The translations under genes were made by a program, and so were the position numbers. Positions 54,935 to 63,812 of a stretch of DNA of 64,000 nucleotides are shown here, one piece after another (the first letter of the stretch is position 1; the number at the start of each line of letters is the position of its first letter). The notes under the pieces are model-generated. The model was given only the letters and a program-made list of their open reading frames with translations, made no database searches and was not told the origin of the DNA. Where the stretch lies: the sequence record MK327931.1. One strand, given 5' to 3'.

Positions 54935-54947
54935 TACGATTCCCCAT

Positions 54948-55520
54948 TCATAAATCACGAACAATATTCATTAAACACAATTTAGGTTTTATAGCATTCA
55001 ACACCCATATGCATTCTTTGTAAGTAGCTATTATATCATCTAAATGCTCAGTTACAATGCTTTCTTGAAAATATTCTTCATCATTGAGCTTTGCTAATTT
55101 AGTAACATCACACGTAGGCACTATAGGTCTGGATTGTACACCCATTCCATTATTGATATTAGTGAAATGTACAAAATGGTACTTCACAACACCTTTATCT
55201 AGATTTACTATACATGACAAGTTTTCCAACTCAGTTAGTTCTTTACTACAAGTAACATTAATGAAACCAGTATTATAGGCTCTATAATCATCTACTGATA
55301 TCTCAAAATCATTACGCTGAAATATAAGTGAAATGAGTTTGTCCAGTGGTTTTACATTCATATATTTTAATGAATTTACGTATGATACTTCAATCTTAGA
55401 TGAAATTATTTTTTTACTAAGTGCAGTCAATTCTTTATTAGATTTACCTGTTAATACTATAGGTTTAAACCTAGAACTCTTATTTTTCTTTGATACTTTA
55501 AAACGACCTTTACGATTCAT
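54948..55520 (-). CDS. hypothetical protein (190 aa)
   Basis: start moved to MNRK after GAGGA. Confidence 0.75.
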   Translation of the reverse strand: MNRKGRFKVSKKNKSSRFKPIVLTGKSNKELTALSKKIISSKIEVSYVNSLKYMNVKPLDKLISLIFQRNDFEISVDDYRAYNTGFINVTCSKELTELENLSCIVNLDKGVVKYHFVHFTNINNGMGVQSRPIVPTCDVTKLAKLNDEEYFQESIVTEHLDDIIATYKECIWVLNAIKPKLCLMNIVRDL

Positions 55521-55527
55521 ATTTTCC

Positions 55528-55749
55528 TCAATTAATAATTTCACATTTAACGTGTGGTTTATATAACATAATTAACCCATTTTTAAGTACAATGATTGTT
55601 CCTCGGTCAGTAATAGAAACGTTTTTAATTATACTTTTTTTATATGTTTCAACATATTTCTCTTCGTAATTTATACATTTAACATATTCTTTTTGTTTAG
55701 CACTTACAACAGTACTGAATAATATCAGTACAAGTACTATATATTTCAT
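55528..55749 (-). CDS. putative exported protein (73 aa)
   Basis: signal peptide MKYIVLVLILFSTVVSA. Confidence 0.75.
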   Translation of the reverse strand: MKYIVLVLILFSTVVSAKQKEYVKCINYEEKYVETYKKSIIKNVSITDRGTIIVLKNGLIMLYKPHVKCEIIN

Positions 55750-55801
55750 TACTATACCTTATAAACAAAAAGGAATTCATTTAAGAATTCCTATTTTACA
55801 A

Positions 55802-56095
55802 TCATTTATCTAACATACCATTGTGTAAACGTTCATATACTTCAGTTCGACGCAAATTCACAATATCTTCTGCGTATTTTAATGTAAATGCCCATGCTTT
55901 TGGATGTACGTTAAGCTTCATACGAATTCGATTTTTCATCAACTCTCCACTTAAACGAATAAATTCGTGTACACCACGACTACCGTATTCAGTAATTAAA
56001 TCATTAATGTACATATCACGAAGAGTTTCATCTGCACATTCTTTAACCATTTCTACGTCAGCGACGATGCTTTCATTAACTGAAGTACTGATCAT
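55802..56095 (-). CDS. hypothetical protein (97 aa)
   Basis: AAGG SD. Confidence 0.75.
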   Translation of the reverse strand: MISTSVNESIVADVEMVKECADETLRDMYINDLITEYGSRGVHEFIRLSGELMKNRIRMKLNVHPKAWAFTLKYAEDIVNLRRTEVYERLHNGMLDK

Positions 56096-56106
56096 TTTAA
56101 TTTACC

Positions 56107-56373
56107 TTATTTAAATTCGACTGTAATTTTATCACCTTCAACTACGAACTTACAGTTGTAGCGACGTGCCATATCCATGTACATATGCTCAGAGTACCAG
56201 GGAACATCAATAATCGGATGCTCTGCGTATTGTAGAACTTCACGGTCGCCAACTGTAGTGATGACGAAAGAAATGTTCATCTCTCGTAAAAACAGTTCAG
56301 CACCAGGAGAACGATTAATAAATTCAGTATCATTACGTAAAGTAAATCCATTATATTGTAATTTAAGCTTCAT
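56107..56373 (-). CDS. hypothetical protein (88 aa)
   Basis: GAGGA SD. Confidence 0.8.
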   Translation of the reverse strand: MKLKLQYNGFTLRNDTEFINRSPGAELFLREMNISFVITTVGDREVLQYAEHPIIDVPWYSEHMYMDMARRYNCKFVVEGDKITVEFK

Positions 56374-56387
56374 ATGTTATCCTCTAT

Positions 56388-56732
56388 TCAATACCATTCT
56401 TTAAAACCATTAAGTTCGGCTATGTGAGTAATTATAACACATATAACATTCAGGTCAAGTATAATTTGATCATAATTTAATTTTATACGATCATCATTAT
56501 ATGCCCTAAAGACTACATCGTAATCAAAGAAATTTGCGTTTTCATCATTCATTGAAACGATTCGGTATCTACGTCTTCCATCTGTATTGAATATTGTTAA
56601 ACACTGTTGAAACTTTCTCATTAACTGTTTAGATAGGATATTATAATATTCAATATCTTTTTGTGAATTACGTGGGTCATCAGGAAGATAGAATGAAACA
56701 AATTTCTTTAATTCTATTTGAGTTTTATCCAT
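56388..56732 (-). CDS. hypothetical protein (114 aa)
   Basis: GAGG SD. Confidence 0.8.
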   Translation of the reverse strand: MDKTQIELKKFVSFYLPDDPRNSQKDIEYYNILSKQLMRKFQQCLTIFNTDGRRRYRIVSMNDENANFFDYDVVFRAYNDDRIKLNYDQIILDLNVICVIITHIAELNGFKEWY

Positions 56733-57165
56733 ATATTACCTCATGTGTTTCTCTTTTACTTTGTCGGAACTCATCCTTTGCTTCCTTAACTGACATGATA
56801 CGAACTAATTTAGCACTACCGCAATAGTACTGAACCTGATTACGACCAATGTCTACATGGTGGTCTGGAACTTCATATACAGATATAGCAAACCCAGCAC
56901 GATGCAATTTACCTAAGTCCATAGTGAAGAATCTGAACAAATCTTTCAAACTTTGACAGCCAAATACCCATCCACTTTTGATTGAATAGATCCCATCCTC
57001 AGTTGGTTCAGGTTGGAATTGAGAAGGTGTAGTCATGAGCATACGGTCAAATCCATTTTTAGTACTGTATCTGGTTGAATACCGTGCAAACGGACCTACA
57101 GTTCGTGCAGGATCTAAGTTAGGTTCAATGTAACTAAATTTAAGTTCAAAACGATATACATACAT
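56725..57165 (-). CDS. conserved phage hypothetical protein (146 aa; GPF...P.P.ED...FG..S...FF...GF....YEV...G..QV)
   Basis: GAGGA SD; fused promoter upstream. Confidence 0.8.
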   Translation of the reverse strand: MYVYRFELKFSYIEPNLDPARTVGPFARYSTRYSTKNGFDRMLMTTPSQFQPEPTEDGIYSIKSGWVFGCQSLKDLFRFFTMDLGKLHRAGFAISVYEVPDHHVDIGRNQVQYYCGSAKLVRIMSVKEAKDEFRQSKRETHEVIYG

Positions 57166-57219
57166 AATTAAAATCCTCTAATTTATTAAGAGAATTATAA
57201 CAAAAAAGGCTGACCGAAG

Positions 57220-57411
57220 TCAACCTTTGTTTTGAAGTTCTTGAACTAATTGTCGTACTTCGTTAATATTTTTACACTGCTTTACAGTGAAGTAATCATA
57301 CTTACGACCATAGGTTCTTGGGTCATCACCTTCCATATACTGCTGCACATCAAAGATTTGTAAGTAGGGATGCTGCATAACACGAATATTATCACTTTGA
57401 TAAATCAACAT
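57220..57411 (-). CDS. hypothetical protein (63 aa)
   Basis: start moved to MLIYQ after AAGGA. Confidence 0.75.
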   Translation of the reverse strand: MLIYQSDNIRVMQHPYLQIFDVQQYMEGDDPRTYGRKYDYFTVKQCKNINEVRQLVQELQNKG

Positions 57412-57415
57412 AATA

Positions 57416-57766
57416 TCAATCCTTATATTTACACAAGCCACCAAAACTAGTTTCTTTAGCACCACGACGCATCATAACTAATTTAGCATATTGTGTGCCA
57501 TTACTATCTTCATATACATCTACTTCAATAAACGCTAAGAAGTTAGGGTCTGTGTCGTTAGAAAACTCAGTGAAGCTAATGTCGCCTACTGTATGCTCTT
57601 TAACAAACGTATATGATTGTCCATCAATATATACAATATCTCGATCGTCACTATCACCTTGATAGATATGTTTAATATTACCATCGGTACAAACTAAACC
57701 TTCCAATGGTTCAGCATATGACAATCCACACATTAACATACATACAAAAAATAAAATAATTTTCAT
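57416..57766 (-). CDS. putative exported protein, paralogue of 58158-58517
   Basis: signal peptide; C...G....DG..Y.F pattern. Confidence 0.8.
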   Translation of the reverse strand: MKIILFFVCMLMCGLSYAEPLEGLVCTDGNIKHIYQGDSDDRDIVYIDGQSYTFVKEHTVGDISFTEFSNDTDPNFLAFIEVDVYEDSNGTQYAKLVMMRRGAKETSFGGLCKYKD

Positions 57767-57768
57767 GA

Positions 57769-58146
57769 TTATTTTCCTCCAACGTTAAGTGATTTCTTGT
57801 ACTGATATTCTTTATAAGTACTATACCATATATCACCAACGTAAATCAAGTACCACGTAGCAGGATAAAGAGCCAATCCAGTACTGATATATACGAACTT
57901 TTGGTCAAGGACATCAAATACATACAGAAGGAAAGTTACTCCCATAATGCAAGAACAAATTAACCACAAGTTATAAGCAATCGAATCGCAAGCAAAAATA
58001 GAATCAAGCTTAGAAATTAGGACATATTTGTTTGTTAAAATGAAATGAATTACTGCAACTAAACAATATCCTGCCATAAAAATAGAAATTAAAAAAGACA
58101 GAATAATTGGAATATTCAACAACAAAAGTAAAATAGTGTTTACCAT
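57769..58146 (-). CDS. 3-TM membrane protein (125 aa)
   Basis: hydrophobic segments. Confidence 0.75.
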   Translation of the reverse strand: MVNTILLLLLNIPIILSFLISIFMAGYCLVAVIHFILTNKYVLISKLDSIFACDSIAYNLWLICSCIMGVTFLLYVFDVLDQKFVYISTGLALYPATWYLIYVGDIWYSTYKEYQYKKSLNVGGK

Positions 58147-58157
58147 TTTTTTAAGTC

Positions 58158-58517
58158 CTATATTTCACAGTGTAAGTTCAATTTATCTATATCTAGGTCA
58201 CGGCGTACCGATGAGTCCAAGTAAATTACTATATAGATATCACCATTACCAGTTCTTGGGTCTACAATTAATATTACGTTTGCTAATGTACCAGAATCAT
58301 CTCTATAAGTCGAGATTTTTTTATTACCGATAATACTTTCTACTTTAAAACGATAAATCACACCATCAACAACTATATTTTTACCATTTCTAGGGTCGTT
58401 AGTCAATACATGCCACGTTCCCTTAGTACTACGACAATATGTTTCTGCTGCTGCACCATAACTAAAACATGAAAATAATGCACACACAAGTGCTATTAAT
58501 TTTATATAACTCTTCAT
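58158..58517 (-). CDS. putative exported protein, paralogue of 57416-57766
   Basis: signal peptide; GAGG SD. Confidence 0.8.
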   Translation of the reverse strand: MKSYIKLIALVCALFSCFSYGAAAETYCRSTKGTWHVLTNDPRNGKNIVVDGVIYRFKVESIIGNKKISTYRDDSGTLANVILIVDPRTGNGDIYIVIYLDSSVRRDLDIDKLNLHCEI

Positions 58518-58595
58518 AACAAACCTCTAACGAGAAATACTTCTGTACTATATATATGTACAGAAGTATTTAATACTATAGAGATATTTTCACTG

Positions 58596-58922
58596 TTACA
58601 TCTTATTCGTGAACTTGAATTTGATAATATCAATCCAAATTTTAACATTTCCTGCAAATAGTGCTTTGATTAGCCACATAATTGCAACAAAGTTCTCAAC
58701 TAAATCCAAAGTTTTAACTACTGCACCGAGTGGGAAGATAAAACTCAAAACCCATACAATTACTGAAACCACAACGACTGTATAGAAAATACGCACAATC
58801 GGTGAATCAAGCATAAACAACTCAGAGAACTCTTTTTTATCATTATCATCAGTAATAAAGCATTCGTAAACCAGAAGCCAAATCAGAATTAAAGACGGAA
58901 TTGAAATTAGTACTGATAGCAT
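58596..58922 (-). CDS. 3-TM membrane protein (108 aa)
   Basis: hydrophobic segments; GAGG SD; own promoter. Confidence 0.8.
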   Translation of the reverse strand: MLSVLISIPSLILIWLLVYECFITDDNDKKEFSELFMLDSPIVRIFYTVVVVSVIVWVLSFIFPLGAVVKTLDLVENFVAIMWLIKALFAGNVKIWIDIIKFKFTNKM

Positions 58923-58979
58923 ATTTTTTACCTCAAGTTTAAGTGTTAAGTTTCAGACTACAGGAACCATTATACAGTA

Positions 58980-59222
58980 CTACGAACGTTTGTCAACATT
59001 TGTTTCTTCAATAAGCATAAGATAACTTAACACGAAGAGTAATACCGAAATAATATCAATAACTGTAAAGCTCACTGGAATGATAATAGACACCAGTACT
59101 AATGCCACGTTTAGCAAGAATACAGTAGTGAGATCTACCATCGTTCGTCTAGTGGCTAATGCCACTAGTGTAGGATAGAACATAAACAATAGTGCAACAA
59201 CAAAACTTAGTACTAGATACAT
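58980..59222 (-). CDS. small 2-3 TM protein, T4 Imm-like hydropathy (80 aa)
   Basis: FYPTLVALATRR...VFLLN pattern reminiscent of superinfection-immunity proteins. Confidence 0.55.
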   Translation of the reverse strand: MYLVLSFVVALLFMFYPTLVALATRRTMVDLTTVFLLNVALVLVSIIIPVSFTVIDIISVLLFVLSYLMLIEETNVDKRS

Positions 59223-59875
59223 TTCTTTTTCACCTTAATAAAATTATAACACAAAACCACATCAACATCTGGTTCATCATACAAGTACTCAAAACGTTCT
59301 TTACTTCGTTTAGTACCGATATACTCACCATTCTTATGCCAACGCCATCCACCATCCTTTGGTTGTTCAGACTTAAGTACTGGGTGATAGCACAGGACAA
59401 TTTCTTCTGGACCTTCAATTAGGTTCTTGTACTTATTCATAATCTGTTCAAGCGTATCTGCTACACCATAAGATGGATGCATAAGATAAGACTCAGGACG
59501 TGGACGTCCACTTGGTAGAATATCATCAGTACTATTAAAGATAGCACGGAAGTCTTCAGATGTGTATAGACTTCCATCTTCATGGATCATTGGGTATTCA
59601 TCCACTACATCGTAATCAGTGAAGTGTTCAATTGCATGTCCAGGTCGATAACCTGCAAGGATACCTGCATGTTTAGTCTGGACAATAGTCATAACAGATG
59701 TATTGTTGTTTACAGTTGGATCATGAATTTCAGCCCAGAACGGATGATTTGGGTCAAAAGTTGCATTTACCAATGTACACTCACCAATGTAATCAAACAT
59801 AGTTTCCTTGAAGTTTAAAGAAACCCCACGTAATGCCCAGTCAGGTGAAGTGATGAAATTAAGATTAACTAACAT
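59213..59875 (-). CDS. conserved phage hypothetical protein (GWRWHKxGxYIG motif)
   Basis: GAGGA SD before MLVNLN; alternative start 59800. Confidence 0.8.
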   Translation of the reverse strand: MLVNLNFITSPDWALRGVSLNFKETMFDYIGECTLVNATFDPNHPFWAEIHDPTVNNNTSVMTIVQTKHAGILAGYRPGHAIEHFTDYDVVDEYPMIHEDGSLYTSEDFRAIFNSTDDILPSGRPRPESYLMHPSYGVADTLEQIMNKYKNLIEGPEEIVLCYHPVLKSEQPKDGGWRWHKNGEYIGTKRSKERFEYLYDEPDVDVVLCYNFIKVKKKCI

Positions 59876-59906
59876 AAGTATCCTCAGATGCAATTTTTTG
59901 ATGTGG

Positions 59907-60122
59907 TTATTGTATCAAAGATGTATCTATTTGTACAACATTTATTGTAACTATTTCGTACATATAGTCAGGTGCATTGAACTCAGCATACCACTCAATG
60001 ATCTCACAGGCAGCATCAACTTGGTTGTTCGCATTAACACGTCTTGCATAGGTACTAGACATTTTATATCTACCATTTACATACACGTTATATACACCAT
60101 GACACCACCACATCTTAGTCAT
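59907..60122 (-). CDS. hypothetical protein (71 aa)
   Basis: ORF track; overlap coupling. Confidence 0.7.
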   Translation of the reverse strand: MTKMWWCHGVYNVYVNGRYKMSSTYARRVNANNQVDAACEIIEWYAEFNAPDYMYEIVTINVVQIDTSLIQ

Positions 60123-60333
60123 TTATGCTAGGCCATACTTTGTATTGTAAGTTCTGGTATTGAAATTTACCAATTTCATTTTTCTTACGGAATGATTCAT
60201 CTACTTGAATTTCCGCATCGTACTGACCATCAGCCTGTACAACGTACTTAAATTCTTCTACGTGTGAAAAACGTTGACCTTCACCTTCTGGTTTATAGAC
60301 TTGTACTAAACCTTCAACTAGATATAAATTCAT
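60115..60333 (-). CDS. hypothetical protein (72 aa)
   Basis: GAGGA SD. Confidence 0.75.
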   Translation of the reverse strand: MNLYLVEGLVQVYKPEGEGQRFSHVEEFKYVVQADGQYDAEIQVDESFRKKNEIGKFQYQNLQYKVWPSIND

Positions 60334-60336
60334 TTA

Positions 60337-60558
60337 TCATTCCTCATCACTTTCAGTTAGCATAATGCTATGTACAGTTTCCACATAGCGGTGTGTTTTG
60401 GGTGTGTTATACTTTGTAATTTCATCAAACAATTTAAACAGTGCATCTACTTCACTAAGAGCACGAATGAATACATCCATCTTGGTGACTACTCTGGAAA
60501 ACCCGCGTATGTTATTAAATTCAGAGACGTGTTCATACACAACATAGTATCTATTCAT
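60337..60558 (-). CDS. hypothetical protein (73 aa)
   Basis: ATGA coupling. Confidence 0.75.
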   Translation of the reverse strand: MNRYYVVYEHVSEFNNIRGFSRVVTKMDVFIRALSEVDALFKLFDEITKYNTPKTHRYVETVHSIMLTESDEE

Positions 60559-61073
60559 ATATTAAAAAGTTCCATGAATTCATTGAATAAAGAAGTTCTA
60601 ATGCACATAACAAATTCAAAGTCAACATCGATGGTGTCAAGTAGTTTGAACAACTTTGGTACTAATGGATCATTCACCTCAAAGTTATGAATCAAACTTT
60701 GTTGAAACACATTTTCTTCAGTACTATAATCAATAACAAAATATTCAGCAATACCAGGTGGTGTGTAAACATCATATAAAATATGGCGGTGATGATTTGT
60801 TTTAGAACTAGGGGAATATATAAGTTCTATTTCATAAGATTTATCAGCACTGCGTGCGTAACAAACAATATCAGTACTTGTTATTTCTGAACCATCACTT
60901 CTCTCTGAAAAACAAACATCAGCATAGCGTTTTCCAGAGAGATTCAAAAGATCATGAGTTGTTTTACCATAACAGAAATCAGTTTCAATGCGTATCACAT
61001 CTTGATATTCAATTGGTCTTGTATCGCGGCGTTCACGATTAAACACTAATTTCAACAACTCATTAATATCCAT
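60555..61073 (-). CDS. hypothetical protein (172 aa)
   Basis: TAATG coupling. Confidence 0.8.
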   Translation of the reverse strand: MDINELLKLVFNRERRDTRPIEYQDVIRIETDFCYGKTTHDLLNLSGKRYADVCFSERSDGSEITSTDIVCYARSADKSYEIELIYSPSSKTNHHRHILYDVYTPPGIAEYFVIDYSTEENVFQQSLIHNFEVNDPLVPKLFKLLDTIDVDFEFVMCIRTSLFNEFMELFNI

Positions 61074-61273
61074 TACTTAGTCTCAATAACCTTTAGATTT
61101 ACAAAGTCACCTTTAACCTTCATACATTTGTATTCAGTGCGAGTTTCATCACCAGCATCACGAGGCCAATGAGTTGCAGAGTAACACTGATCAGGTGTTT
61201 TATATACACCTTCACCAACGGTGCGAGTGATTTCACCATTAGTTAGTACTACTGCAAGATATAAAGTAAACAT
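61073..61273 (-). CDS. small exported/periplasmic protein with two Cys (66 aa)
   Basis: AAGGA SD. Confidence 0.7.
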   Translation of the reverse strand: MFTLYLAVVLTNGEITRTVGEGVYKTPDQCYSATHWPRDAGDETRTEYKCMKVKGDFVNLKVIETK

Positions 61274-61281
61274 ATTAGTCC

Positions 61282-61428
61282 TTAGAATAATTTATTAATA
61301 ATAATAGCACCCAAACCAAGTACTGCAATAATTGCAGATACCCACATTACCGCGTTCACTGCACCTGTGAGTTCTTTATCAAACTCTCGGCACTTCTTGC
61401 GGTAATCTTCCCACTCTTTGTTATTCAC
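61282..61428 (-). CDS. small C-terminally anchored membrane protein (48 aa)
   Basis: read by hand; AGGAG SD, GTG start overlapping upstream TGA. Confidence 0.7.
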   Translation of the reverse strand: MNNKEWEDYRKKCREFDKELTGAVNAVMWVSAIIAVLGLGAIIINKLF

Positions 61429-61640
61429 ACTACCACTCCTAATAGGTCGGTAGCTTTCTTGAGAACTACATCAATCGTTTCCAGTACTGCACCTTTGTGT
61501 TCAATTGATACAATATTATTATAAGTATCAAGGTCCAAGTACTCCATATATTCTGTTTTGAATACACGAACTTCAGTACTGGTGATTTTAATATCACAAC
61601 CTTTATCCCAAATAACCTGCATCATTTCATTGGTAGTCAT
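61425..61640 (-). CDS. hypothetical protein (71 aa)
   Basis: TAATG coupling. Confidence 0.75.
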   Translation of the reverse strand: MTTNEMMQVIWDKGCDIKITSTEVRVFKTEYMEYLDLDTYNNIVSIEHKGAVLETIDVVLKKATDLLGVVV

Positions 61641-61915
61641 TATTCAACCTTATCATAAACAAGTTTGTGTGTGCTTAGTACTTTGTTGTGATGTCCAGGG
61701 CATTCATATACATACAATCGCTCCTGACGTTTTTCCCAACCACCACAGATACGACCTGATTGTGTACATATTTCATACTCGTTAATAAAAGACTTGCCTG
61801 TGAATGTACAATCCTGACGAACTAAGTCTTTTGCACTAAACCTGCCGTCATCATTACATGCTGTAAGAAACATTGTACAGAATACAAAGACAACTGTCAA
61901 TAGTTTTTTAATCAT
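61640..61915 (-). CDS. putative lipoprotein (91 aa)
   Basis: lipobox LTAC; four further Cys. Confidence 0.8.
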   Translation of the reverse strand: MIKKLLTVVFVFCTMFLTACNDDGRFSAKDLVRQDCTFTGKSFINEYEICTQSGRICGGWEKRQERLYVYECPGHHNKVLSTHKLVYDKVE

Positions 61916-62280
61916 TGAATATCACCCCAACGGAAACCTTTCATATAATTCAAATTCACCTCAACTAGTTCATGTGTTTTTGTACACCAAATGGAGAGAG
62001 TTTTTGTAACATCACCAGGTTCAGATTCATAATTCACACAATAACCTTCAATGCGTAGAGTTTTGTTAGTCCAATGTTCCCACTCAATCCAAATTTCATT
62101 TGGATAATAAACCATATCTTCTTTGAACGTATGGAATTGATCCATTGGTAAATGACCTTTAACTTCAATTACTTCAGCACTTCGAGCCAGTTTTTCAAGC
62201 TTGTACTTTATTTCAGCAAGATATTCTTCATCATTCAGACGAGTGAATAAATCTGTTGCACGGGTTGTATCAAGGCTCAT
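61912..62280 (-). CDS. hypothetical protein (122 aa)
   Basis: GGAG SD; ATGA coupling. Confidence 0.8.
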   Translation of the reverse strand: MSLDTTRATDLFTRLNDEEYLAEIKYKLEKLARSAEVIEVKGHLPMDQFHTFKEDMVYYPNEIWIEWEHWTNKTLRIEGYCVNYESEPGDVTKTLSIWCTKTHELVEVNLNYMKGFRWGDIQ

Positions 62281-62528
62281 TGTTGTACTCCATTAATCAC
62301 TGAAGTGTTGATTCGTGTTTTTCCGCTAGTGTATCCAGTACTGGTGTTTGCATTAGGACAATAAACTGTATACAACGTTGCACCAGCACCTTCCTGTTGC
62401 ATACGATAAATCTTACATCCTGCTTCTTTTAATTCAGTAGGGAGTTCAAAATCACTTGTGCGTTCTTTGGTTGAAGCATCACATGCAGTGAGTAAAAATG
62501 CGACGAGTACTGCTACAATGTATTTCAT
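62277..62528 (-). CDS. putative lipoprotein (83 aa)
   Basis: lipobox LTAC; GGAGG SD. Confidence 0.85.
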   Translation of the reverse strand: MKYIVAVLVAFLLTACDASTKERTSDFELPTELKEAGCKIYRMQQEGAGATLYTVYCPNANTSTGYTSGKTRINTSVINGVQQ

Positions 62529-62836
62529 TAACGAACCTCCACTTCTTGAGAAAGAGCATGAGTCAGTGCATTTGAGTTCGAACCATTCATTTCACGCTGA
62601 CATACAAACATAATGGCATCTTGTACTGAACCTGCGATTTCATACTCACGACCTTCTGGATCAGTTACCAGATGTTCAACGATACAACCACCTCTCAGTA
62701 CAGAAGCACCAGTACTTACACTAATTCTGTAACCTAAGAAATCAAACTGCATACATGCGTCAGTAGGTTTCATCCAATAACCGCTGTTTTGATTCAAATC
62801 GATGATTACAAAACCTTGAGTGTTAGTTTGAAACAT
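62528..62836 (-). CDS. hypothetical protein (102 aa)
   Basis: GAGGA SD; structured leader upstream. Confidence 0.8.
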   Translation of the reverse strand: MFQTNTQGFVIIDLNQNSGYWMKPTDACMQFDFLGYRISVSTGASVLRGGCIVEHLVTDPEGREYEIAGSVQDAIMFVCQREMNGSNSNALTHALSQEVEVR

Positions 62837-62865
62837 AGTTAATTCCTCATTTAATTTAAAAGGGC

Positions 62866-62917
62866 GGGAACGCAGTGACGAGTACGATTATGCTGTCTTT
62901 CCTTTCACTGCATTCCC
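62866..62917 (-). promoter_or_regulatory. 13-bp stem leader hairpin with 26-nt loop
   Basis: GGGAATGCAGTGA pairs with TCACTGCGTTCCC directly after a TTGACA-TATAAT promoter. Confidence 0.65.
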
Positions 62918-62954
62918 TTTGATATAAACATTATACTGCTATTATTCAGTACTG

Positions 62955-63233
62955 TCAATCGATATAAGTACCTTTTTTAACATCACAGACTTCTTCCATC
63001 CAATGTGGATTTTCGTTTTTATCAGTGAAGATTTGTTCTGCTTCTTCTTTTGTTTCAGCTAGGACAATACGATCCCCTTCATCCAAATCACGGATACGAT
63101 ACACTTTCAGTTCTTGTTTCTTCTCAAGGATATTACACAGTTCACGTGCTTTTTCTTCATCGCACTTCCCTTCATTAGCATAAAACCAAATTGCTTTTTT
63201 AATAAGGTCACGTTCTTCTTTAGAAAAAGACAT
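62955..63233 (-). CDS. hypothetical protein (92 aa)
   Basis: start moved to MSFSKE after AGGA; own promoter. Confidence 0.75.
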   Translation of the reverse strand: MSFSKEERDLIKKAIWFYANEGKCDEEKARELCNILEKKQELKVYRIRDLDEGDRIVLAETKEEAEQIFTDKNENPHWMEEVCDVKKGTYID

Positions 63234-63403
63234 AATATTTCCTATCATTTGTTAAAGTGGATTTCGTTTGATATAAACATTATACAGTACTGATATCTTC
63301 TGTCAAGTATTAATCACCAAAAATCATCATATACCCAAAGCAAGCAACACAGATGACTAAAACTAACAATACCAACGATAGCCTCTAACATCATTTTATA
63401 TCC

Positions 63404-63604
63404 TTAATCGATAATTTTATATTCACGATGACCATAGAAGCCAGCTTCAAGGATGCGATTACCATCAGCATCTTCCAAGTCCCAACCACGGGATGTTTCG
63501 GCAATAATAGTCATGATGTGACCTCTTGGGAAAATTCCACTCAGAGTGGATACATCCTCAAGTAATTGAACTTTCTTTCCAACATTGGAATTCGGTTTAA
63601 ACAT
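63404..63604 (-). CDS. hypothetical protein (66 aa)
   Basis: start moved to MFKPN after AAGGG. Confidence 0.75.
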   Translation of the reverse strand: MFKPNSNVGKKVQLLEDVSTLSGIFPRGHIMTIIAETSRGWDLEDADGNRILEAGFYGHREYKIID

Positions 63605-63614
63605 TTTATGGCCC

Positions 63615-63797
63615 TTATTCATTGATCACATCAAGTACTTTGTCCAGCTTTTTACCAATACTTTCCTTTGGTTTCTCACCATTCTGGAATACATTAGTAC
63701 TGCAATACTCAGGACGCGTATTAGGAAACTTCTCGTTCATCCAGGAGTGACCGTAAACACCCAGCATGATGCCAACGATAAGAATGATAATTTGCAT
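63615..63797 (-). CDS. small N-anchored membrane protein (60 aa)
   Basis: GAGGA SD; hydrophobic N-terminus. Confidence 0.75.
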   Translation of the reverse strand: MQIIILIVGIMLGVYGHSWMNEKFPNTRPEYCSTNVFQNGEKPKESIGKKLDKVLDVINE

Positions 63798-63812
63798 GAT
63801 AATTTCCTCTGA

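Larger units (their letters stand above)
43884..57228 (-). repeat. fused UUCG terminator / sigma70 promoter repeat
   Basis: minus strand GGGTTGAC-TTCG-GTCAGCCC-T(4-5)-GC-TATAAT at 43884, 45298, 46015 (partial), 46580, 51075, 52167, 53770, 53962, 57194; variants at 1457, 4209, 7478, 10768. Confidence 0.9.

Noticed and set aside
63308-63394. Tiny ORF MMLEAIVG... between 63233 and 63404
   Set aside because: It has an SD but only 26 codons, and the hydrophobic continuation lies in another frame; too uncertain to call.
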